IMG/VR virus record: IMGVR_UViG_3300009703_001920
Location: 1 to 25,853 of that record
Length of the DNA: 25,853 nt
From: a virus
Taxonomy: Duplodnaviria > Caudoviricetes
Direction: 5' to 3' (one strand)
The notes below the pieces were generated by a model. That model saw nothing but the letters and a program-made list of their open reading frames with translations, made no database searches and was not told where the DNA came from. A program made the translations under genes and the position numbers. Numbering within the stretch: the first letter of the stretch is position 1; each line of letters starts with the position of its first letter. This document shows, piece by piece, positions 15,888 to 24,015 of this stretch.

Positions 15888-16721
15888 ATGGCTCAACTTA
15901 TTAGTACAGGTCAGATAGATCTTGGTGGTTTAAAAGAATTCCTACTAAGACCAGATTCTGAGAGCTTATCCGGTAGTGCGAATAACATTACCGGATTTTA
16001 TCCTTATTCAGGTAACCCCTCTGGTTTTGTAGACGCCGGTCATGTCGAAAGCGTAAGCGGCGACTTATCTGGTTATATAGACTCTGTAAGTGGTGTCATA
16101 AATACAAGACTAGTAGAGTCTGGCACTAATTTAAGTGGATATACTTCCTCAGTAAGTGGTAATCTTAAAAGTGACATAACTTATCTAAGTGGTAAGAATT
16201 TAGAATTAAGCGGTAATTTTTCTACTACAAATTCAAGATCTGTTGATAATGAAGCTGACATAGATAGCCTTAGCGGCAACCTAATTACTTCTGGTCAGAA
16301 TTTATCTTCATTAATAACAGGCGTAAGTGGTCAAGGCGTTAGTGGTTTTGTTACGGGTTTGATTGACTCGACAAGCGGAGTCCTTGATGTCAAGATAACT
16401 AATTTAAATACAGATTTAAGAGATCATGTAAATCAAGATTATCTTTCTAAAAGAAACGAATCTGAACTTGTCTCTGGATCGGTGTCTTTTGATAAAACTA
16501 CCCGTTTTAAACAGAGTGTGGAGCTGGAAAGGGTTATTGATCACGACGAAGTAGCAACTTATCAGAGTGGCTCTAATATGTACACAATGGTTAGTGGAGC
16601 AACAGTAGGAGGGGCTGCTCATCAAGTTATGACAACTTATTTACGTTATCCTCATAGTGGAGATTCAGTTAGGCAAAATTTAATAGTAGGTTCTTTTATG
16701 TATAGTGGGGTTATACCATAA
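15888..16721 (+). CDS. Ser-Gly-rich virion fibre-like protein (paralog of 6283..7413)
   Basis: 21 SG dipeptides in 277 aa. Shares the N-terminal TGQID...NPSG segment with ORF 6283. Confidence 0.6.
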   Translation: MAQLISTGQIDLGGLKEFLLRPDSESLSGSANNITGFYPYSGNPSGFVDAGHVESVSGDLSGYIDSVSGVINTRLVESGTNLSGYTSSVSGNLKSDITYLSGKNLELSGNFSTTNSRSVDNEADIDSLSGNLITSGQNLSSLITGVSGQGVSGFVTGLIDSTSGVLDVKITNLNTDLRDHVNQDYLSKRNESELVSGSVSFDKTTRFKQSVELERVIDHDEVATYQSGSNMYTMVSGATVGGAAHQVMTTYLRYPHSGDSVRQNLIVGSFMYSGVIP

Positions 16722-18655
16722 TGTCGGCCAGTAATTCAAATATGCGAAAGAAAGTGGATGGGCTTACTTTATATACAAATGAAATGTATTATAAAAGTTA
16801 TCCCGGCAAGCCTACTACTAACTTAATTCCTACTGCATCTAGCAACTCTGACTTTTCCGCTAGAGTTGGAAGTACTCCTAATGCTTTTTATAGAATATAT
16901 AAAGATAAAGATCCAGATAAGCAAGGCATGTATAAGTCTTTGGCTACTGGGACTATGTCAAGTAACGATGTGGTATATAAGTATTCCGGGTGGTCTGATG
17001 AATACTATGGTGGCTCAGGAGTAAGTAATAAGCTTCACGGGTTACATTCTTTTGCTGCTTCAGATTTTCCTAGCTTAAAACTCCGTGTAGGTCAAGAATA
17101 TATTTTTTCATGCGAAGTATTTGTCTCTAAGACGCACGGCAGAACAGAGGGGTTTTTCCCGGTAATATCTGCGACATCTACAGATCAAAACGGAAGACAT
17201 TATGGATATTATGATTTTTCTAAAACTGGAACTTGGCAGGTTGTGAGCGTAGTATTTGTACCTACCTTAAAAAGCCTTGTAACGGCTACTGCTGGCACTG
17301 CTGGTACAGCAGGCACCTCGGGAACTTCTGGTATAGTAAGGACACTTAATCATACGATGTACTTTTGGCCAAACGAAGGCACAACTTCAGACAGCCAGAG
17401 GCAATATGGTTATATGCTATATAAAAACCCTCAATTAGAAACTGGTAATAAAAGAACACAATTTACAAGGAATAGTGATTCGAGAAAATCAGCAAATAGC
17501 TTAAAAGATATAAGTGGAAATAAAAATTCTTTAAGTGTTATTAATAATTTTGATGATTCATCTTTACCTATATATTCCAAAGGAAAGTTTTCTAATTTAG
17601 GCTTGACGTCTACGGCTTCAGGCTTTGCTTCATCTTTTAATACTGGAAGTACTAATAAAAAGAGTTATGAATTTTGGGTTAACTTAAAGTCGGTTAATGA
17701 AGGCGTATCGACTTTGCTTTATTCTGATGTGGCAAGAGGGTCATCTTTGTTTGTCTCAAAGGAAAGCGTGTCTAGAAAGCAGCACGTATACGTAGAGAAA
17801 GGTAAAATATATTGTACCCTATACAATGAACTTGGAGTGGTTTTTAGTGCATATACAGACAGAAGCGAGATACTAAATTCTAATTTATATCATATAGTTG
17901 TCTCTATAGACATGACAAAATCTTCTGATAATAAAGTTACTTTTTATGTGAATGGAGAAGCTAAACCTTCTTCTACTATGTCGGAGATACTACCTCCAGC
18001 TAATGTTAGATTAAATTTATTCCCTTCTAATAGTAGTAAGTTGGCAGTAGGCAATATTTTAGCTTATAGAATTTCTTCTTATAATGCAGATGGAGAGTCT
18101 ATGGCTTCTGCTTTAAAAACAATATATGTAAAATCTACGAATCAAGCAGTTAGAATAACTTGGTCAAATGTTAGAGACGCTTTTGCTTTTTCTGTTTATA
18201 AGTCAGTTAACTACGTTGGCTCAGAAATGTCTAATAAGTCTTTGTTAAGTTTTGTAGGTAATCCTAATTTTGACAATGCTACTTCAACAAATATAACTTA
18301 TGAAGACGACGGTACTGTTTTAACAGGGACAGGTAGGCCTAAACCTAAACCTGACTTTGATAAATATGACGCTCTTAATACTAGTTTTTACGATGGCTCT
18401 GATTTGAAATTATCAATAGGAGACTATCCAAGAAGAGCTCCAACGCTTGTGACTGGGGAAAGTCTAATTGAGAAGACAGGAGCAGAAGGCAAGATATATC
18501 AAGTTTCAGTTTACAATAGATCTTTGAGCTCTGGTGATGTTTTAAATAACTATATTCAGTCTTTAAGTAGTTTTAATGTTGGTAGTAGTTCAGCAGACTA
18601 TAGTTTCTCTGCTTCTTCGGGGACTTCTACAGGTGGTTACGGAGGAGGATATTAA
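16721..18655 (+). CDS. LamG/concanavalin-like virion protein with inserted carbohydrate-binding-like and FN3-like domains
   Basis: LamG-type elements: LKDISGNKN, SYEFWVN, YHIVVS, TFYVNG, LSIG, GKIYQVSVYNRSLS..DV..NY. FN3-like: PPANV...YRISSYNADGES...ITWSNV. Confidence 0.7.
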   Translation: MSASNSNMRKKVDGLTLYTNEMYYKSYPGKPTTNLIPTASSNSDFSARVGSTPNAFYRIYKDKDPDKQGMYKSLATGTMSSNDVVYKYSGWSDEYYGGSGVSNKLHGLHSFAASDFPSLKLRVGQEYIFSCEVFVSKTHGRTEGFFPVISATSTDQNGRHYGYYDFSKTGTWQVVSVVFVPTLKSLVTATAGTAGTAGTSGTSGIVRTLNHTMYFWPNEGTTSDSQRQYGYMLYKNPQLETGNKRTQFTRNSDSRKSANSLKDISGNKNSLSVINNFDDSSLPIYSKGKFSNLGLTSTASGFASSFNTGSTNKKSYEFWVNLKSVNEGVSTLLYSDVARGSSLFVSKESVSRKQHVYVEKGKIYCTLYNELGVVFSAYTDRSEILNSNLYHIVVSIDMTKSSDNKVTFYVNGEAKPSSTMSEILPPANVRLNLFPSNSSKLAVGNILAYRISSYNADGESMASALKTIYVKSTNQAVRITWSNVRDAFAFSVYKSVNYVGSEMSNKSLLSFVGNPNFDNATSTNITYEDDGTVLTGTGRPKPKPDFDKYDALNTSFYDGSDLKLSIGDYPRRAPTLVTGESLIEKTGAEGKIYQVSVYNRSLSSGDVLNNYIQSLSSFNVGSSSADYSFSASSGTSTGGYGGGY

Positions 18656-18656
18656 C

Positions 18657-19496
18657 ATGTCAAGTAAAGTAAATTACGGAAAATATAGAGTTAACACGGA
18701 TGGTTTGATATTTAGAGTAGACGGATATTCCTCTAGAAGTCACGATCATAATACTGAAAATTGGAAGGATTTGACAGCTAGCGGTTTAGATGTTAAATTA
18801 GATAGCAGTGGCCTGTATAACGAGACGAGTGGCTTCTATGAATTCAGAGCTGGCACATTAAATACTCACGCCGCAATAACCGGAGAAAATTTTACGGGAG
18901 TAAGGGACTTGGGTTTATTCAAAAACAAAAACTCTAGTTTTACTGTAGAGACCTTCTTTCAATTAAAAACAGGATCGCAGCTCACTGCTCCTGATGATGG
19001 AGCTGTGATATTTGGCAATACTGATCATAACAAAAGTGGATACTCTTATGGGTTCGTCGCTCAAACTGGAAATGGAGGGGAGATAAGCGGCTTAAAGTCT
19101 GTGCTTTCGTCCAACAAAGAGGATAACGCAGCAGGAGCAGGAACTCATACTAATAGCCCTTTTACAGGAATCTCACATACTCTTTCAGATGTATCTTCTC
19201 CCTCAGTTCAACCACATACATTTTATCATGCGGCTATGACTTATAACTCTTCAGATGGCGTTATGGTTAGTTATTTAGATGGGGTACCAAAGGATACAGG
19301 CAGTTTCCCTGCTTCTCAGGAGCTTCATAAATCAACAGGAGATGGCACCTATCAGCAGTTTTATATCGGGGGAAACCCAAGTTCTGGGATAAATGTAGAT
19401 ATAGGTATGGTTTCAGCTTACAATAGGGCGTTAGAGAGCGGAGAGGTTGTTTCTAACTGCAAGGCCGTAAAACATAGATACGGCGGTGGCTACTAA
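18657..19496 (+). CDS. LamG/concanavalin-like virion protein
   Basis: TDGLIFRVDG..WKDL, FTVETFF, FYHAAMTYN, YLDG, FYIGG, IGMVSAYNRAL..GEV..N. ATG 18657 has the SD GGAGG and is preferred over 18576. Confidence 0.75.
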   Translation: MSSKVNYGKYRVNTDGLIFRVDGYSSRSHDHNTENWKDLTASGLDVKLDSSGLYNETSGFYEFRAGTLNTHAAITGENFTGVRDLGLFKNKNSSFTVETFFQLKTGSQLTAPDDGAVIFGNTDHNKSGYSYGFVAQTGNGGEISGLKSVLSSNKEDNAAGAGTHTNSPFTGISHTLSDVSSPSVQPHTFYHAAMTYNSSDGVMVSYLDGVPKDTGSFPASQELHKSTGDGTYQQFYIGGNPSSGINVDIGMVSAYNRALESGEVVSNCKAVKHRYGGGY

Positions 19497-19534
19497 TTTT
19501 TGAAAAGTTATTATTTATTGTTTAAAACTAATAA

Positions 19535-20569
19535 ATGAATGAAGTTCCTTTCCTAGAAGAGACTGTGCCTCTATTTGACACTCATAAACAAAGAGGTCAG
19601 CAGCTTGCCAAAGATGTAGTTATTAAGATAAACTCTTTTTCTTTCGGAGATACTTTAGCTGCTACTCCAACCATAAGAAAGCTAGCAGAGTGTTACGCTA
19701 AAAAGATAATAGTATGCACTTCCAAGCCTTTTCTTTTTGATCATAATCCTAATGTTCTTTTTACTATACATTTAAATGATTTTAACAATGAGCACTACGA
19801 TAATTATGAAGTATTTGATACTTTTAATTCTATAGGAAAAGAAGATAAGTCTGGAATAGAAAAGAAGTACGCAGCTTACGACATAAGAAAAATACACTGT
19901 ACTGAAATAGGATTTGACCTAAGGCCAGAAGAGTTGCATTGCGACTATTATCCCGGACCAATTGAATTTAGTAAAGAAGATCAATCTTTTCTAAGTAATA
20001 GTAATTATGTAGTTATGCATATTGGTCAAAACTGGCCTAGTAGAACTTGGCCTAGAGAAAGTTATGTGAATTTAATTAATGCTCTCAACTCAAGCGGTTT
20101 CAAAGTTGCTTTAGTAGGTTTTGATCAAAAACCTGAGCCGGGACAGTATAACCATGATAAGACTTGTTATAATTTTGAAGATTTAGAATTTGATGGCTTG
20201 AGTTTTCTAAACAGGACCTCATTAGACCAAGACTACTATATAACAAAGAACTCAGAAGCATGTATAACAATGGATACAGGCCAGCTTCACTTAGCGGGAT
20301 GTACTGATACACATATTATTTATATGGGGGCTTCTGTTCACCCTTTATGGAGAGCGCCTTATAGAAACGGCTCTCAGTCTTATAAGATGACTTTTGTTGG
20401 TGGTACATGTAAATCATTTTGCGCCTCTGACCCTAAATACTCTGTAGTTGAACATAGCACTATAAATAGTGTCCCTCCACTCCCGTTCTGCCTAGAGGGT
20501 AGACCTAACTATGATTGCCAACCTACTTGGAAAGATGTTTTTGATGAAACATTAAAAATTTTAAAATGA
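19535..20569 (+). CDS. Glycosyltransferase family 9-like (ADP-heptose-type) protein
   Basis: SFGDTLAATPTIRKL, H.GQNWPSRTWP, ITMDTGQLHLAG and a C-terminal Cys cluster (C-x3-C...C...C). Confidence 0.8.
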   Translation: MNEVPFLEETVPLFDTHKQRGQQLAKDVVIKINSFSFGDTLAATPTIRKLAECYAKKIIVCTSKPFLFDHNPNVLFTIHLNDFNNEHYDNYEVFDTFNSIGKEDKSGIEKKYAAYDIRKIHCTEIGFDLRPEELHCDYYPGPIEFSKEDQSFLSNSNYVVMHIGQNWPSRTWPRESYVNLINALNSSGFKVALVGFDQKPEPGQYNHDKTCYNFEDLEFDGLSFLNRTSLDQDYYITKNSEACITMDTGQLHLAGCTDTHIIYMGASVHPLWRAPYRNGSQSYKMTFVGGTCKSFCASDPKYSVVEHSTINSVPPLPFCLEGRPNYDCQPTWKDVFDETLKILK

Positions 20570-23500
20570 AGAGAAGAGTATTATTTGTGCCTATGCATCT
20601 TTCTACTGGTGGCTCTCCTCAGTGGTTATTAGAACTAATAAAAGTATCAATATTAGAAAATGAAGTTTTTGTAGCGGAGTTTAATAATTATGGCACGTTT
20701 AATATACAAAAAGATAAGATAATAAATCTTGTAGGAAAGAAAAGTTATGAGTGTATAGGTCCATGTTTTTCTGATAACTGGGAAGAAGAAAGGAATAGGC
20801 TCTGGGAAATAATACAGGAATTTAAACCTCATATAATACACTTTAATGAAATACCTGAAAATTTTGAATATAATGGTTTTCCTAAAGAGTTATTAGAAAA
20901 AATTTATAGTCCAGATAGATCTTATCAAATATTCGAAACTTGCCATGATAATGCATTTGATTTTGTCAATAAGGTCCATCATCCAGATGGATACATATGT
21001 GTTTCAGATTATCATCCTAGGAAAATTAAAGATATTTTTCCTGAAGCAAATTGCTATATCTGGGATTATACAATACCTAAAAAGAATAGGCCTGATAGAG
21101 TTAAAACATTAACTAGCCTTGGCCTAGATCCTGATAAGACGCACGTACTCAACGTAGGCCTTTTTCATGAAAACAAAAATCAAAAATTCATTTACGACAT
21201 AGCAAAACAAGTCTTAGATGAAAATGTTGAATTTCATTTTATAGGTAATGACTGCTATCTTTCTAATTGTGGTATTGAGGATGTAAACTTATCTAATTGC
21301 AAGGTGTGGGGCGAAAGGAGTGATGTTGAGACTTTCTATTCATGTATGGATATATTCTTTTTCCCATCCCTTAGAGAACTAAATCCTTTAAGCGTTAAAG
21401 AAGCTTTGTCTTGGGGTATGCCTGTTTTGATGAATAGGATAGAAGCATGTGACCTATATAAGAAATACGAGAATAATAAAAATGTAACTTTTATAGACGA
21501 TGTCGATAGCAAAAAATATATTCTAGATAGAATTAAAAAGCCTGAGAAAAAAGATTTGAGGATAGGTCTGTATACAAGTTTTTACAATAATGCTAGATTC
21601 ATACCGGGACTATACGATGAAATATCCAATCAGACTTATTCTAATTGGAAGTGGTTCGTTACAGATGATTTCAGTAAAGATGATACAGTTAAAAGCGCGC
21701 TTCTTGATTTAGCTTCTAGAGATAGTAGAGTAGTTTATTGCGAGCAAAAGAGTAAGAAAGAAATGTTTTGGAATGCGCAGCGTTTCATAACGGATGATTG
21801 CGATTATCTAGCTTTAGTTGATGCTGACGATGGTATATATCCTAAAGCTTTAGAATTTCTAGCTCATATGCTTAAAAAGAATCCTAGCGCTTTCAGTTTT
21901 TCTACTTGGTTTCATCAGTACGATGGAGACTTAAGCTTGAGAAAGAATATAACTAATCCGGACTATTCTTTTCCTAAAGGTAATTGGCACGATTATCTTG
22001 ATAAACACGAAAAGGACCTTAAGTCGGATGCTTTTGATTGGTCTAATCTAAGGTCTTTTAGATTTTTCGGAGCCCTAAGGGGTCATAAAAATAAAGGCGA
22101 CGTCAATATAGAAGTCAATAGTCCAGTCGAAACAGTTTCAGAAGACTCTATAAGAATGGCTCAACTGCAAAAATATGGAGACTATATACTGTTCCCTAGG
22201 CCTATGTATAAAGTTCTTAACCATGAGGAGTCTCACGCTACCCCCTCTAATGTCAACGATGAACAGGAAAAGGTGGGTAAGCAAAATTTATATAACTCAA
22301 TAAAATCTACAAAAGGATATAGACATAATAAAATATTACCAACTTACTATAATTTCTTTGATGAGTTATGCGCTTTAGCTAAGTCCGATATACAATTTGA
22401 AATAGATAGAAAGAAGCTATGTTTAATTACTAATAGAGATGTATCAAAGTCTGAAGAAAGTAAGATTAGAGATTTGTATTTTGATCATGACTTTTATATT
22501 AATAAATTCGAAGAAGATATAGACTATTTCTTTTTCGATTGTAATAGTTTTTCTAAATTAGAATTATGTGAGGTTTTCAGTAAACTTAACAATATCAAAG
22601 GGCGTTTTCAAATAAACGCTTACTGCTTACTTGAGAATGAGGAAGAAGAAGGCGATAAGATAAAATACATAAACGAAATATCTTTAATGCCTTTTTCTTG
22701 GAATTCTTTTTGTAGGAATATTATTTTTAATTTTAATATAAATAAAATAAAAGACAAAGTATTTATAGAAATATGTAGCTCGTCGCTTGGAGATAACGTG
22801 GCTTGGGTTCCTTATATTGAAGAATACAGAAAAGAGAATGACTGTGATGTTTATGCATTTACTTATAAAAATGATCTTTATAGAGATAGCTATCCTGAAG
22901 TAAATTTTGTAGACAGGTTGGAAGACGTGGAAGTCATGAGCTTTGATAAAAGGCTTAAAGTAGGCTGGTTCGATGATACTCCAGATTGGGTTAAGAATCA
23001 AGAAGAGCAAAGAGCTGGGTCTTACTATTTAAATTTAGAACATAAAGAGCTTAGGCCTAAAATAGATATATTAAATAAAGAGAGAGTTATAGAAGATAAA
23101 TATGTTTGTATCTCTGTGCAATCAACGGCTCAATGTAAATATTGGAACAACCCAACAGGATGGGATCAAGTTATTGAATACTTAAATTCTAAAGGTTATA
23201 AAGTTGTTTGTATTGATAGGCATGAAAGCTATGGAGGTAGAGAAAGGTATAATTATATACCATCAGGAGCTATTAATAAAACAGGAGACTTCGATTTGCA
23301 AGAAAGAATAACAGACTTGTATAACTGTGAATTTTTCATAGGTTTAGGTTCAGGGCTTTCTTGGTTAGCGTGGGGTGTTGGGAAGGATGTTGTTTTGATA
23401 AGCGGATTCAGTAACGAGGCCACTGAGTTTTATACACCTTATAGGGTAATTAATAAGAATACTTGTAATTCCTGTTGGAATAGAGAAAAGTTTGATCCTA

Positions 23501-23607
23501 ATAATTGGGATTGGTGTCCAGACCATGAAGGCACAGAAAGAGAGTTTGAATGTTCAAAGCAAATAACTTTTGAAATGGTCAAAGAACAAATAGATAAATT
23601 AATATGA
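20566..23607 (+). CDS. Multidomain glycosyltransferase: GT4-like (GT-B) + GT2-like (GT-A) + Aah/TibC-type protein O-heptosyltransferase domain
   Basis: N-terminal STGGSPQWL...FPSLRELNPLSVKEALSWGMPV. Middle YTSFYN..VTDDFSKD..LVDADD. C-terminal SLGDNVAWVPY, YVCISVQSTAQCKYWNNPTGW, FFIGLGSGLSWLAW, VVLISGFS..EFYTPYRV, CNSCW..WCP.H..FECSKQIT. Confidence 0.88.
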   Translation: MKRRVLFVPMHLSTGGSPQWLLELIKVSILENEVFVAEFNNYGTFNIQKDKIINLVGKKSYECIGPCFSDNWEEERNRLWEIIQEFKPHIIHFNEIPENFEYNGFPKELLEKIYSPDRSYQIFETCHDNAFDFVNKVHHPDGYICVSDYHPRKIKDIFPEANCYIWDYTIPKKNRPDRVKTLTSLGLDPDKTHVLNVGLFHENKNQKFIYDIAKQVLDENVEFHFIGNDCYLSNCGIEDVNLSNCKVWGERSDVETFYSCMDIFFFPSLRELNPLSVKEALSWGMPVLMNRIEACDLYKKYENNKNVTFIDDVDSKKYILDRIKKPEKKDLRIGLYTSFYNNARFIPGLYDEISNQTYSNWKWFVTDDFSKDDTVKSALLDLASRDSRVVYCEQKSKKEMFWNAQRFITDDCDYLALVDADDGIYPKALEFLAHMLKKNPSAFSFSTWFHQYDGDLSLRKNITNPDYSFPKGNWHDYLDKHEKDLKSDAFDWSNLRSFRFFGALRGHKNKGDVNIEVNSPVETVSEDSIRMAQLQKYGDYILFPRPMYKVLNHEESHATPSNVNDEQEKVGKQNLYNSIKSTKGYRHNKILPTYYNFFDELCALAKSDIQFEIDRKKLCLITNRDVSKSEESKIRDLYFDHDFYINKFEEDIDYFFFDCNSFSKLELCEVFSKLNNIKGRFQINAYCLLENEEEEGDKIKYINEISLMPFSWNSFCRNIIFNFNINKIKDKVFIEICSSSLGDNVAWVPYIEEYRKENDCDVYAFTYKNDLYRDSYPEVNFVDRLEDVEVMSFDKRLKVGWFDDTPDWVKNQEEQRAGSYYLNLEHKELRPKIDILNKERVIEDKYVCISVQSTAQCKYWNNPTGWDQVIEYLNSKGYKVVCIDRHESYGGRERYNYIPSGAINKTGDFDLQERITDLYNCEFFIGLGSGLSWLAWGVGKDVVLISGFSNEATEFYTPYRVINKNTCNSCWNREKFDPNNWDWCPDHEGTEREFECSKQITFEMVKEQIDKLI

Positions 23608-23993
23608 AAGTAGAAGTATCAGACGGAGAAGTATTAGATAAGCTATCTATATTAGAAATAAAATTAGACAATATAGAAGATGAGACTAAGTTAGCTAATA
23701 TAAGAAAAGAACACAATATTTTAAAACAGACCATTGGTGAGCCGCCATGGCATGAGCATGTTTTTAGAAGATATGGCTTTTATGATCAATTAAAAGAGAT
23801 AAATGAAACCCTATGGGAGATAGAAGACGATATAAGATTAAAAGAAAAGAAGCAAGAATTTGATGCTAGTTTTATTAAATTAGCTCGACAAGTCTATCAA
23901 ATCAACGATAAGAGGGCTGAAATAAAGAAAGAAATTAACATACACACTGGATCTAATTTATTAGAAGAAAAATCTTACGAAGATTATGGTTAA
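23604..23993 (+). CDS. DUF6165-like protein
   Basis: VSDGEVLDKLSILEIK...INETLWEIEDDIR...FIKLARQVYQINDKRAEIKKEIN...EEKSY. ATGA overlap with the glycosyltransferase gene. Confidence 0.75.
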   Translation: MKVEVSDGEVLDKLSILEIKLDNIEDETKLANIRKEHNILKQTIGEPPWHEHVFRRYGFYDQLKEINETLWEIEDDIRLKEKKQEFDASFIKLARQVYQINDKRAEIKKEINIHTGSNLLEEKSYEDYG

Positions 23994-23997
23994 TAAT

Positions 23998-24009
23998 GTG
24001 TAATTTACA
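23998..24009 (+). promoter_or_regulatory. Putative late promoter GTGTAATT (includes the palindrome TGTAA-T-TTACA)
   Basis: 18 nt before the ATG at 24016, with no SD visible. Confidence 0.55.
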
Positions 24010-24015
24010 TAGTAT

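Noticed and set aside
11254-18656. ORF-track starts at 11254 (GTG) and 18576 (and likewise TTG 2357)
   Set aside because: Downstream ATGs (11278, 18657, 2363) fit better with the promoter motif, the SD or stop-start coupling.
19497-19534. Host sigma70-type promoter before the glycosyltransferase cassette (TTGAAA-17 nt-TAAAAC)
   Set aside because: The -10 match is poor and the region is extremely AT-rich, so it cannot be distinguished from chance.
3268-23010. Other short minus-strand ORFs (3268, 6816, 7346, 8336, 10404, 16416, 20100, 20653, 22684)
   Set aside because: They are antisense to longer credible genes and lack recognisable motifs or coding-like composition.
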